A stretch of 63,126 nt of DNA, counting the filler, from Intoshia linei (taxonomy: Eukaryota > Animalia > Orthonectida): assembly GCA_001642005.1 (NCBI GenBank). It is 6 parts of 6 records of this genome, joined end to end, with 100 filler letters (N's around TTAATTAATTAA, not from the genome) between each part and the next. Parts side by side here need not be neighbours in the genome. Positions count along the whole stretch, not along the records: positions 19,638 to 30,314 come from LWCA01001250.1; positions 30,415 to 45,878 come from LWCA01000911.1; 4 more parts are not named here. One strand, given 5' to 3'. The first letter of the stretch is position 1, and each line of letters begins with the position of its first letter. The position numbers and the translations under genes were made by a program. The notes below the pieces were generated by a model. The model saw only the letters and a list, made by a program, of their open reading frames with translations. It was not told the DNA's origin and ran no database searches. This document shows, piece after piece, positions 24,901 to 38,859 of this stretch.

Positions 24901-26423
24901 TATTTTCTTCCGATATCTAAATTTAATTAATTATATATAAATATAAATTATGTAATATAATATATTTATATGTACTTTATTACCATTGATATAGACTTGC
25001 GGTCCTGAATACTATCAGCTTTTGCACTGTTGATAGAAAATTGTGGTAAGGTTCGAAAAAGTTTTTCAGTATTACAATTCCATACTTTTATTAACCCATC
25101 GTACGCCGCAGTTACTATTAAATTTGGAGGACAAAACGTTATAGCGAATATATCATCATTATGTGCCTAAAATAGTTGATAATTGTATTTATCTACTTAC
25201 ATCATCTTTTTCTTTCCATTCTGACGGATATACATTTTCTTCGTTGAAATGTTTAAAAGGAAAATAAATGGGCGTTGTATTCCAACCAGTTGCATAAATA
25301 TTTCGTTTTCCAAAACATATCGCCATGATGTCGCAAAATGTATTTTCCATTGAACAATGACAAACAAACAAACACTCGCCCACAACGCTCCATATTTTAA
25401 TCAAGCCATCCAGTGCCCCTGTCAAAATTCTAGTTTCGAAATCGTCCGTGAGTTGCATACATGTCATTTCATGCTTACCATGTGCTTCGATTATGGAATT
25501 GAGCTATTTGTATAATTACATTCATAAATATTAAGCAATATTACTAATTGACCACTTTCCAATCTCCAAAATTTAATAGTACCAAACTGACTCGCCGTTA
25601 TAATCTGTTGTGTTTTTTCATCATATTGTATAGATATTATTGGTGAGTCGTGTGAGTTAATTTTCCCTATTTTTTCTTCCTTACACTCGAGCATAAATGT
25701 TTGATAATTCATTGTGACAAATAGTCGGTTATTTATATCGTCAAACATTAAAGTGCAGTGATCTAATAAATGAATTTCTTAATTTAAAATTATTACATAA
25801 ATTTTCAGTTCCGCGAGAAAATATTCCGGATAACTTTTGGAGACAAACTTGAACATGAATGTTCCATATTCGGACAACCTTATCCTAACAATAAATATAT
25901 AATTTTGAAATATTAACGGATGAAATTACCTTCGATAATGAAAAAAGAAGTGGTTTAGTCTTGGCAAATTGCACCCTAATAACTGAAGTTACGTGTCCAC
26001 TTAGAATAGTTGGTTTAGACACAACATATGGATTCCATAAATTTATCATATGATTTACCCCAGCAGATGCTATATTTGTGATTTTAATTTATATGATATT
26101 AAATGGTAACCTATTAGGTTCATATCGTCGCGATAGTCAACATAGTTTACACCCTGGTCCACATTAAATGATGTGCTAAAACCGGTTGTTAATTCATGTT
26201 AAATTATATAGAAATTAAATAGAAATTAAGTTATGTCTTAATTTAATTTCGATATCAGACGTGTTATTTTCAACTTGCGTCTTGTTCTTTGTATTGATAT
26301 ATAATATATTTAAAACGTCTATATACATTACTACTGGTGAGTTAATTTTTAAATACGAGTAAGTTATGAGTTCATAAAAAAATCATATTTAATTTTTGTG
26401 ATACAATCAAAAAATTGTTTAGA

Positions 26424-26455
<32 letters not shown>

Positions 26456-28004
26456 TATTATTATTACACTGTAATATTATGTAACAGTAATATGTATCAA
26501 CTCTGAATATATTTTTAATATTTATTATTAAATAAAATGTATTGTACAATACCTACATCCATTGAATGGTATGTTAATATATATTATATATTATTAATAA
26601 ATTAAAAATATTATCTTATTTTTCATATAATATTTTTTGCAGACCCAGTTAATAAAACACTAATGTATAATAAACGTTCAATAATTATTATACATTCAAA
26701 TTTAATGTTATAATTTTTGTTACGTTTTAACGGTACACGTTATGTCTCCGTGTTTTTCTATCCATCCCAATGTTATTGAATTTACGCTATTAGTTGAACA
26801 TGACAAAAAACAATTTAAGGATGGCAAATATCGTACAGCTCTTATCCAATCAACATGTCCTTTAAACCTTGTATAAATGATGTTTTTAGTTAACCCACTT
26901 TGAAAATCTTTAATAGAAAATGTGTAGCATGATTCTGTAAATTTAAATTGTATTTTGTTGAATTGATCAAATGAAATTACCTTCAATGTCAGTATTATTA
27001 CTTATTTTTTGAAAGAGAGAAACATTAACGCTATAAATTTGCAAAAAATTAATGAATCCTTTAACATCTCCCCAACATATAATTACTTCATTACTATCTT
27101 TAGGGTTAACCCAATATTCCAAACAAAGTGGTGTAGCTTCTAAATCAGTAATTATACACTGACATGTTAAATCAAGCTTTGAAACCAAATCGTAGATTGC
27201 TGAAATAAATAAAACTACATTAATTATTAAAAACCAATTTCTTTTGATGTGAGAGAAACCACCAATTTATTCAAATTATTCATTGGAAAAAAGTGAGTGA
27301 CCCACAAATCGCGTTGATTACAAGATTCAGTATATATACGCTGACTCCGAATTAACTTTAAATTTTTGTCCCAAATTGAAACACACCCATCCTGAACCAA
27401 ATAAAGTAAATGAATAACATAATATACCTTGCTCACAAATATGTATTTGTTTAAAGATCTCATGAATTTTATGTCTACTATGATATCTTTATGGGGTCTA
27501 AATAGATATACAATAAATTGTAATAATCAAAAAAAATTACGAAATTAAAATATTGGGTTCTTTCCATTTAGGAAGCTGTGTCGATCGAATTTTGTTGTCT
27601 TTTTCATAGAGTTGTAACATAATCAGAGAAATTATCTTATCCCAATCTACGTATCCACTCTTATTGATGTCAATTCTATCAAAAAAATCTTCACACTATA
27701 TATTACATAATAATATATCATTAATAAAATTAACCTGTTTTACATTGTACTCCTTCAAAACAGTCGGCAATAAATTGGAAAATTCTGACTTTTTAAGACT
27801 AATTTTGGAAAGTTCACCGTTGATTTCATCCTAAAATATGGTAAAAATTGTTATAACATGTTCTACGTAAAGTATGTTTTGTATAATCCTTAGTTGGTGA
27901 ATAGATAGCTTGTTTTCCATTTTCTTCTGTTTTAGAGACCCCAATATTAAACCGCTGCTATATTGAACAATAGTTTCTTTCTTATTATTTCTGTCATCAG
28001 TCAT
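21974..28004 (-). CDS. WDR49: EF-hand plus WD40 repeat protein, WDR49 (CFAP337)-like; multi-exon
   Basis: ATG at 28004; EF-hand FFDRIDINKSGYVDWDK; WD repeats (FKGHVDW, ILSGHVTSV, ASQFGTIKFW, TGALDGLIKIW, TGDNQGNISCW); C-terminal FDEKTLFPRYLLEYE; TAA at 21976-21974. Many short introns. Confidence 0.8.
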
Positions 28005-28739
28005 GCTTGAAACTTATTGATTTAAGGTTTTAATGCTAATAGAATCGATAAATCGAACTAATTAACAAGGGAGTTAAATTGAAATGCATTTTAAAAGTGT
28101 CATAAGATCACACAGTATACTTTTTTTGACAAAAGCTGTTTATTAAAAAAACACGCTATTTACACGTATCTACGAAACTATTCATTCATAAAATCACTAG
28201 AAAAACATTGACAAATTTCAAATATTCGATTGTTATTTACATTAATAATTACATAAAATACTACTATGTTGACTAATTTTTTTGTCTATAGTATTTTTAT
28301 AATTTTTTTTAGTATGACTAAACAAAATAAATAAAAATATTTATGAATGGCTTGACATTTGTACGTCACTGTCCGTTTGATCAAAATATGAATAATTTGT
28401 ATATATATCTTTTTTTCTTTAGCTTTCTACTTCAAGGCGCACTTTAATTTTTGTTAATGAAAATTGTTAAAAACATTGATATTCGAAAATTTGCAAAAAT
28501 TAAAAACGCTCAAAATATAAAATAATAATTATTATAATAATAAAAAAATACATTTTTTAACATAACAGTGTCATTATAATAACAATATTAATTATTAGTA
28601 CATTGGTTATCATTGATACACATTTATATTGGTTTTTTATTGTGAGATCTGTTCATTGTGATATTTAACTATTTTCTTGATATTAGGTATTATGTGTTAT
28701 AAACACACTCTCATTTATTCGTCAATACATAGGATATTT

Positions 28740-29085
28740 GATCTATTTTTGCATCCAATCATAGTTTTCACTGATGTCCATTGATGGTAAATAATGGGAA
28801 AGATGGATTTCCAAAGTGGTTAAATGACTATTTATTAACTTAATGTAAATTAGTTATATTTGTGCAACCTTCATTAGCTGATGGAAATATTTTTAAGCAG
28901 GCTGAAATAATTTTTTTTTTCAAAAATATTCACTTTTTTCTGGATTTCTTTTATTTAATTGGTGGATGAGATAATATTTTCATAGATTGCATAGACAATT
29001 TCAAATTATTTAAATGTTGAAAAATATTTTAGCTTTAAAATCCAAACATCGGATTGAAGAAGTTCACAGAAATCTGATATACCTT
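28740..29085 (-). pseudogene. hAT (Buster/SCAND3-like) transposase relic
   Basis: Fragments DVWILKLKY, FQHLNNLKLSMQ and HLTTLEIHLSHYLP...YDWMQ, broken by frameshifts. Confidence 0.5.
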
Positions 29086-29261
29086 TATAAATATGTATAA
29101 CTGTAAGTATAATTTACATTATACAGTCGGACCTCGGATTAGGGTACCATTTTTTGTAAAGTGCCCCAAAAACAGGGGTTTTAGTAGGTTATCTAATTTT
29201 TTATTGAATATTTAAACTATTGAAACTACATTATAATATTATATTATATTTATTTATTATA

Positions 29262-30112
29262 TCCTTACTTATATAATATGCTACGCAATATTTGTTTGTG
29301 TGTGTGTTCCACTTTATTGAAATAACTACCAGTCTTCAAATTTTATAAAGTTCACATTTCAATTACAGTTTTATCCGGGACATATAATAAGATACATTTA
29401 AACCTCTTAAACTCACATCTTACGGGTCAAAAACCCCAATTATCCTTTTTTTTGAAAATCAAACAAGTTGGAAAATTTAAAAAATTATATACGCTGATAC
29501 GGATTTTAAAATCATAAACATTATCATAAATTTAAATTTGCTGATGCGGATTTTAAAATCATAAACATTATCATAAATTTAAATTTAAAAAAAATATATC
29601 TTCTGGGCCAAAACCACAAATTACCATTTTTGTTTTAATGAAAACAGCCCTAGAATTTAAAAAAAATTACAGGTGGTACAGTTGTATCCTGTTAACACAC
29701 ACAAAAAATTTCAATCCGAATAAGTGACGACTTCACGGTGAAAAAAAAATTTTAGTTTTAATATATTTTTTTTCGAAATATTTTATTAAAACAAAAAATG
29801 TGAAATAATTAACCGTCCGGAAATTAAAAAAAAAAAAATTATTCTGATAGAGCTTATTCCTTTTCATATAAATACAAAAGTCTACGAGAAATGAACGCAT
29901 TGCCGATAAAAAATAATTTTAAATTTCAAATTCTCATTTTCAAAACATATTGAATAAAATTTAAATAAAAACTACAACAACGAAACTAAAAGTAATACAA
30001 CTTTGTTAATATCATTTTTATATTTATTACAATCCTTTGCAAATATTGGTAAAATTCGCCTGAAATATGTTTATAAAGTGAAGATTCAGTTAATTATTGA
30101 TACATAATTGGT
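29262..30112 (+). mobile_element. Helitron-like family copy, 5' and middle portion
   Basis: Starts A|TCCTTACTTATATAATATGC; contains a 47-bp tandem duplication at 29493-29586. Confidence 0.75.
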
Positions 30113-30429
30113 ATTTTTAAGTATTTAGAAAATTGTAATTTAAGTGCAAGTTGTGCATTTTATTTTTAACACACCTTGAGTACAATTTGACAAGGTAAAT
30201 CTCTATAAAAAATATTTCCATATTATAAATGTTAGCATAAATTTATCATGTCTAATGATTAGTCGACAAATGCAATTTTTTATGGCACTAAAAAATTTCT
30301 AGCACTAAAGTTACNNNNNNNNNNNNNNNNNNNNNNNNNNNNNNNNNNNNNNNNNNNNTTAATTAATTAANNNNNNNNNNNNNNNNNNNNNNNNNNNNNN
30401 NNNNNNNNNNNNNNTCTACTTAAACAGAA

Positions 30430-30790
30430 GTGCTCCTCGATGGGAATTGTCAACCCTGTTTTTATAATAGATAATGCAAGAATTCACTACTACAAAGATA
30501 TATCATACCATTATATAATACTTAAAAATTGTATTTTAAAAGCCTTTCAGAAAAAATTTCAAATTTAAACCTCAATTTGAGATACCTTATTCCCCATTTT
30601 TTAATTCAATAGAAAATATTTTCAGCGTATGGAAAAATTCAGTAAAACGTGCATGCGTTCAAACTGAATTACAACTTAAAATGAAAATTTCATCTGCCTT
30701 TGACGATATAACAGAAACGCATTGCGATAGCTTTTATCGCAAAATGTTATCTACTTGACCAGATGCGAAAGAAATGAATTTGAATAATTT
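30430..30790 (+). pseudogene. Tc1/IS630 (DDE_3) transposase C-terminal fragment
   Basis: FIIDNARIH and PYSPFFNSIENIFSVWKNSVKR...FDDITETHCDSFYRKM motifs; frameshifted and cut by the gap. Confidence 0.75.
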
Positions 30791-31646
30791 GTATGTATAT
30801 TACATTACATTAAAATATATTTCTGTTTAGATTTCCAATTCATTGCATTATATTTCAATTTTCTATACTCCTTTCTTCCATATCTCCATAAATTAAATTA
30901 AACAATTGAAAATACAAATTAACAATAATATTGTAGTATTGTATAAATAAATTTTAAATAATTTGAGAAAACTTGAATTCATATCACTTTAATGCAATAA
31001 AAAAGTAATATTAAAAATAGCAAAAATATAATCAATTATTGATAGTACTCAAGCCTCCTATGTAGCTACGACATAGTTAATATTAATTTCCTATGATTTC
31101 CGATCATTAACATCAATTTTAAATTATGACTATATTAAATTCAAATATGACCAATGGTCATTAACCATATTAAATGCAAACATGACTATAAATAGAGAAT
31201 ATCTATATCTATTGTAAACGGTACTTTTCCTACTTTTAAGTACGAGTAACGCGTATCTGGTAGTAGAATCTAAATTCCGTATCTAATATAAACAATATAA
31301 ACAGAAAATATGACTTCTAATATATAAAATTAAATTATAGTTAAGTAGAAATAAAAATGTGAAATGATGATACAAAATCACGCGTGAGAATAATTTAGTA
31401 AACTATTATTACTCAACTTGCTCATTTCAAAATTTAACATGAGCAGCATTGTTATATACTACAGTTTTAAATATTCTGTTTATAATAAACTTTATTGATA
31501 AAACAAAATTATTTCAAAAATTTTTATTACTATCGATTTTAAAATTTAATTTAAACTTGAATTTGTAAAACAAATTTACTATGATAAATAATAAACTATA
31601 AAGATTAAACATTTATTTTTTTAACAAGCTTGAAAAATATAAAAAA

Positions 31647-34600
31647 TTAATTTGCCATTTCCCACAATTCAGAATCATTAAGTATATTTGCATAGTTGTT
31701 TAAACATCCTATAAATCTGGGATTTGGTTTTAAATTTACATAGTGTCTAAAATAAAATGATAGAATTGAATATAATGTACAATTTATCTATATAATCAAA
31801 CCTTTTTTGTGCAATGATTAGATCTGATAAAGCATTATATTGTTTCCAATGCCGTAAGAAATTTACGTCGATTGAAGGATTACAAAATCGTTTTTCAGAT
31901 TGATTAATAAACTCCAATTCGTGCAAAAATACGGCACTACATATTACATAGTATTCAAATCCATTTTTTTATTCAACAATGATATACTATCAAAAAATTA
32001 CATGAATGGTATGAAAGGTGCTTCTTTAGCTTCACAAACCAATTTTCGGTAAATTTTAAACGACTCGGAAGTACTGGCAAGATTGGTGAATGTGCGAAGG
32101 GTCTAAATTTTTAAAAAATATTACAATATAAATCAGTGTTTCTCAACCGTTACGCCTGCAAATTTTATGTGTTTTCAAAGAAAACTTTAAAACGAGCTAT
32201 GTACCATTTAATAAGGACAGTTACATCAGATTTTTTTGTATTTTATACGAAAAATCTTTTGCTTTTAAATTTGCAGCCTTACCTTGCAAAGTCATACTAC
32301 ATTAAATATTTTCAGTGAGCAGCTAACAAATATAAAATTTCTACTATTTTGTTATTTTAAAACTTTTAATTGCTTCCAAGTAAGCCAACAGAGTAAAAAA
32401 CATTTTTTATATATTGACGAACGGGTGTGTACAGGTGGTGAATCAAAAAATTTGACGGGGACGGGTATTTAATAATTAGAAGATGTAAACCCATATAGGA
32501 TCTATTTGACACGTATCCAGCAGATTTCTGCCACGGTTCGTACATTAAAAATTAACTGGAAAATTTTTTGAACACGTTCCGATGCACAAATTTTAAAAAT
32601 TTCATCCATTACAATGTATCAATAACAGCCATTAAATAAATTTAATCCGAACATAAAGAGTAAATTTTTGTATAAACACTCTTGTCAAAATAATTCAAAC
32701 TTCCTATTCTGATCGCGTAGAATCGTGCTTGGACCGTGTTGCAGAACTTTAATATGAACTCTCTTATTTACAAATATTTTGTCAATTTGATAATTAAGAA
32801 TTACTTCATGAGAATTTTTGGGCCAATCGAAACTAGTAACGCTAACTGAATTTAAAGCGTATATAATGGCAAACATTGATGAAAAATTATTCAGTGATTT
32901 ACAAATCTAAAATTATGAATTTACCAATAATTATTTAAATTACTTTCATAACTTTCACCAATTTGTTGTAAATTTTATCTCGATCTTTTTGTCTAGTGGC
33001 CGTTACTATTTGAGTACGACACCTATTTTAAATATTACAATAAAATCATAAACAGTTTTTAAATTTCAATATTTACCAATAAGAAAATTTATTGAAATTG
33101 GTTGTATAAGCTTGAAGGTTTGACAATTTGTTGGAAATTTTTCTTTTTTTGAAAGAAGATGAATATGACATCATTTCATAAATCTAGTTTAATAATTTGA
33201 TTTAAATGAATTTAAAGATAAAAATATTACAGTAAATTCATTTTTAAAAAATAATATAAAATAATAATTACATCAATGTTGTCTATATAATTTTTTTCAA
33301 TGCACGTTAGGGTTTCAGCAATAGAATTTGATTTGATGTCGGTTATTTTTGTTAATCTACATTTTTTTAATAATAATAAATTGAATAATGCATTAACTTA
33401 ATGTACATATCCGAAAGAACGACCCTCTCAATCAAATTTACAAAATGTTAATAATATGCAATTTAATAATTACTTTTCGTAAAAACTTTAGAGATTTAGT
33501 AATATTGAGCCAAATTATAATATTAAAATTAAAATTTTACTCTAAAATAGGATGCTCCTAGGAAATTATGTTTCGGCTCAGATGTATAAATTATAGATTT
33601 ATGTAAAATGTACATTAACATATTTATATCTTACCTGAATTGACTGAATTTTATTGCTGAATTTTCCATTATTGGTGGTTCTTTATGTAAGCTTAATATT
33701 TTTACAAAGGCGGAACGGAAAATTGTGGCCTATCAATAAAATTATAATAAGCAGATAAATCCCGAACAGAATTTATCAATATATCAATAGAATATATCAG
33801 GGTACTGAAAATAAAAATTGCAGTATATAATAATAGCTATTTATATGTCTAGTGCAAAATTTTATCTTTACAATACGAGTTTTGTTAGAATACATGAACC
33901 CGAAGGGTGAGTGAGATTATCTTGCCATTTCTCAAAAATTTAAAAAAAGTTAGCTATAAAAAATCCATCATAATTTAAGAATAAAACGATTATATTGAAT
34001 AATTCTAACATTCAAAATTTGAATTTTGTAAATTTGTAAATAAATACTAAAACAAAATGCGGGAGTAGAAAGTAAATTGATGCACTCATGTGAACCAATG
34101 CAAATGAAGAATTCTTCCTACTAATATATAAACACATTTAATTAACTATTTTTCTATATACCCATGAGATTTAACATTCATGAATATAATTTTCTCTAAT
34201 AGAATATAATAGAATCTAATTTCTATAAGTTTCCATAAAATATTTTTTAAACTGAGAAAGGGACAGATATGAGAGAATGGAGAAATTTATTTTATTTGAA
34301 ACAAAGAATGGTTTAAATTGAAGTGCTTCATTTTTAAATTGATCTGGTCACTTGCATAGTATAGTTACCATATTGGTATGCCACAATCATTATTAACTGT
34401 AACAACATGAAACTTTAATTATAATTATATTACAAATAATTTAAAATTACTTGGTACACCATTCCATTATGTAGTAAAAGATTGGTAAATTTTATACAAC
34501 AGAGAGCCAGAATACTTGATAATTCACATTCTCTGAAATAATAGATTTAAATTTATAATTAAAAAAATTTTTAAATAAGCAAATTGTTAAAATGTTCGAA

Positions 34601-36435
34601 AGGGGTTAAGAAAATTTTTTCACCCGGTAGTTTTTAGTATTTTAGTACTATAATTTTTGATACCTAATTATAACTATACATTTTGAATTTACTGCGAATG
34701 AACTGGAACATGTCAATTTCAGTAATTTAATACTCGACAAACACGGCCAAAAAAAACCTGCCTTAAAATTATTTTAAGAGAATTAGAGAAATTTACTTTT
34801 TAAAAGATGGTGACAGAAGCACAGACATTAAAGTTTACATAGTATGAGAATAACGATTGAATTTAAGGATGTGCTTTACAAAAAAACTTGCGAACCATTG
34901 AATATTTTATAATTTTCAAGAGTCCAATGAAGTATCGATTCGGATTAATATTGAATTTAATATAATTATTTAAACCTGGCTTCATGAACTGCTCGAATCA
35001 TTATATATATCACACCCGCTGTTATGTTTTGTGCTTCCATATTATCAATGGAGTAAAATACCGATAAACGATATATCAGTCTGTACAATAAATCCATTAT
35101 ATCTACATCTTCTCTGTATGTTGTTAAAAATACATCAATAAAATTTAAATCTAAAATAAAATATTGAATATCCTTACTTTATGCCCTTTATATTATTATT
35201 ATATTTATATATTATATATTATTATTACCTTTATATCTACTATGCTTTGTTTTTCTGTGTTTGTGTTATCTTTTATTTACATAATTCCCAGTCTTAGAAT
35301 TTTATAAAGTCCACATTTTAATAACAGTTTTTTCCAGAGTGAATAAATTAAAAAAATGACATAACAATTGTTTTAAAAATTCTTTACAGAAATGTTAACA
35401 AAACAAAATTAAGATGGAATAATTCACTTTAAAGTAAAAATTAATGTGATATGACAGTTCCGCCTGAAACAAGTTTGGGAACCACTCCTTTAAAGAATTA
35501 ATAATAGTGAATAGTAGGATTTTTATGTTAGATTTTCAACGTGAATTTATTTTTTAAGTATAATAAAAATGTGACCTCGGCAAAGCTAGGTGCTGTTTGT
35601 ACATATTACATAGCAGTCAATTTAGTTTATTATATTACGTTAATGATAAAAGATTATAAAAATATACGGCACCTTAGTCATGTTAGGAAGAAGGATAATT
35701 ATAAATTATAATTTTCCATATTCAGATATTTTTAGATATACTCCTTCGCCATAACACTTGACATAGTATTAACATAAGAAACACTTGGTTAACCCATTTT
35801 ATTTAATATATATTTAATATATTTATACTTTTTAATTAAATAAAATTATTAAAATAAGTTGTATAATTATTTTGAAAAATACTTTTTTTTTGGTCTAGGG
35901 TAGCGTAGCACAATATTGCGTCGAAACATCCTGATATTATGGATTTTGGTTGATTCTATAAAAATTGAAAAAAATATATGATATTTCAATATAATAAATA
36001 TTAAAATTTCAATTATAATTAATTATTTAAACAAATACATGTATACATAATTAAATTAATAGTAAATAAAAAAAGATACTGTATAAATGTAGTATAAAGA
36101 TAATTGCAATGTTTAATTTTAAAATGTTTATCTTTCTATAGATAAGTGGCCATTAAAACAAATTGATGAAAATAATAATTCTTGATAACAAAATTTAAAT
36201 TTTATTTTGACCCGTAAATAATGGACAATTATATACGGTACGGGCGTTTTAGAGATATGCCCATACCCTAATTATCACAAGATTTAACATAATCAATAAC
36301 GACGAAAAAGTACTTTGTCAGAAACATCGTCTTCTAATTTTAGTAAAGAATCGACATTTTTTCTTTGTAAAATTTTTTTTGAATTGCCTGATAATTCTTT
36401 TTCTATCGTTTCAATCAATGATTCTTCCTTACATC
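31647..36435 (-). CDS. RasGEF (REM plus CDC25 domains), C3G/RAPGEF1-like; 5' end uncertain (may extend to about 37365)
   Basis: In-phase exons give ISGCFDAILCYAT, FLTTYR, IAETLT, NFNKFSYW, LNNFSSMFAIIYALNS, FKIYR...PFIPF, VNFLRHWKQYNAL and LNDSELWEMAN*. These parallel the C3G motifs NNFNSYLAI, VNFSKRWQQFNIL and LAEEALWELS. Confidence 0.8.
35171..35625 (+). mobile_element. Helitron-like family, short copy with both ends, in a RasGEF intron
   Basis: A|TCCTTACT start; ends with a degenerate hairpin then TTAG|T. Confidence 0.65.
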
Positions 36436-38859
36436 TATATTAGCAACGTTAATATGTATAATAATATATAAATACATTAAAATATATAAGTCAAACACAT
36501 TTTTTGATATATGAGAAAGTACCCAGTTTTGAAATATGAAAAATTTTATTGCAAACTAGATGACGTCATTTTTAAATCTTAAAAAAGTCGTACTATCAGT
36601 TTTAGTTTATTTAGAGACAACTTTAAACTAAAACTATTTTTTTTAATCTTAGATATGTAATTTGGTAATGAATATAATACATTTCATGTAATAAATATAA
36701 TTTAATATAAATTACAACTTGTTTCTAGTCTCACTAGTTTTATCGTAAACGAAATTATGATAAAATTTATTCGATTAACTGAGGTAATCATAACCATACA
36801 CCCAAAAAATAGATTAAACGTAAACAAATTAATGTATCTAATTGAGTGATAGGACAGAGTTTAGATATAAAAATTGATTCATATCTCAATTTATATATCT
36901 AGATTCTAGAATCTAGATAAGTTGTATATTATTCTGTCCAACAATAAAAAAAAATTATTAAAATATAGTAAATAAATAACTGTAGAAATCAGTATCTGAT
37001 ATTACATTTTTTGAGTTTAACCGGTAGAATCCGAACGTATAATTTCTATAACTTGTGAATAAATAGGACTGTCAAAGTTGTAAATGATGTTAATAAGAAT
37101 AAATGCGACTACTGCTGTAATAGTAAATATTATGTTTTACAAAAGTAATATTTTGGTCACACGAAAAATCATTCAAAAATGTAAAGTGTAATGTTTACAA
37201 CGATAAATGTAATTAAAAAAAATATACTAAATACACAGTTGCTACTGTGAATTAAAATGACCTTTGAATACTTGAAATAATTAATATTAAAATAACTCAA
37301 TTTCAAATAAGTAATTTGAAAATAAACACACACTTACTAATTTGCATAAAGTCTAGCTGCATCCATTTTACTACCCCATAGTACCCGAACAAGTGCTATA
37401 AACTATTTATAGTAATGGGACATGAATATCCATTCGAATAATAGTTTATAAGAATTACTTGTATACTTTTAACGAATTTAAAATTAAAAATATTAAGTTG
37501 ATACAATCAAGTAACGATATAGATAAATTTTGTTAAATGTAGATAAGTTGTCATGTATAACTAAAAATTTAACATACCCAAAAAAATTAAAAAATTTATC
37601 ACCTAGCAAAAGTAGGTTGGCTTAAACGCTGGAAAAACAAAATAAATGTTGATACAATGATAAATAATTTTGTTAATATAATAAAAAACGTATTTTTAAA
37701 TGTTCATTCTATATTTGTGAAATGAAATGTAGCAATATAAACATATACTATATTAAAAATTAATTAAAAAATTATTAATTTAATCATTAATTATTTGAAA
37801 AATTACATTTTTATTGAAAATAAGCTTATATTTCCCAAATTTATTAATTAATTTCTTTGTAAAAAACTATATTTATATGTATATACATAATTATATTTAT
37901 TTGTATGTTAAATGATGCATTTTAATTTCATACTTATTGAAATGATACAATGGTTAAAAAGAACACGATCCGTACTTCCTGTTCGTGCTAATTTTTGAAT
38001 TGAATTTAATTGAAAAATGCTATTTATGAAATTGTAAAGTTCGTGCTTCGGGTCGCTTTTAGAACGATAATTTTAGTTCGGATCCTACTTCGAACCGTGT
38101 TGTAGAACTTTTATATACATAATATATCTACCATAATAGTTACAAGTAGCATAAGTTTATTCTTTGTATAGTCTATTAATAATCATAAAAAAGATAGGCA
38201 AGTTTACAGATAAGCAAACATTTTACATTGTGTAGAGTTATCATCTAGATTTTAAAAATGTCAAAACTTTTCAATAATTTATGACAATAATATTTCGGAG
38301 GTATGATATGATACCTCAGATTATCTACGAACAGTATCGCACTATTCTAAAAAGATTAATAAAAGGATTCAAAAATTTACCCATCCATTTAAACCATCTT
38401 ACAAATTCAGAATTTTTGTATATAGTCATTTACATAAATTTAAATTAAAAATGTAGAAATTGCTGTGATATTAAATAATAAATGCTATTCAAAAAATTTA
38501 GATTTAAATTAATTAAAAAATTATCAAAATCAATATATTTTATTAATAATAGTAATGTAATGTATCAGGGTATGAGGCGTCATACATATTCAAGAGCAAG
38601 ATCGATTAGTGCGCATTATACCTTTTTAGATTCAAATGAAAAAAACTGAAACTAAAATGAAAAAGCTGATATAATAATGGTACCATAATTAACTTACTTA
38701 TGCGGCTCCTTATATACTGCATATTGAATTGCGCGTTATCCCATCTTATGCTATATTATCATTTTTTTATCTTATTTACATTAATTAAAAAAATATCTGC
38801 CATTGAAAGTTCATTTTTAACTGAATTCTTTAACGAAAAAAGAGGTGTAAAATATGGAC

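Noticed and set aside
33900-34350. Possible extra RasGEF exons containing FMETYR
   Set aside because: The frames hit stops, the flanking exons already join in phase, and the true REM motif FLTTYR lies near 35120.
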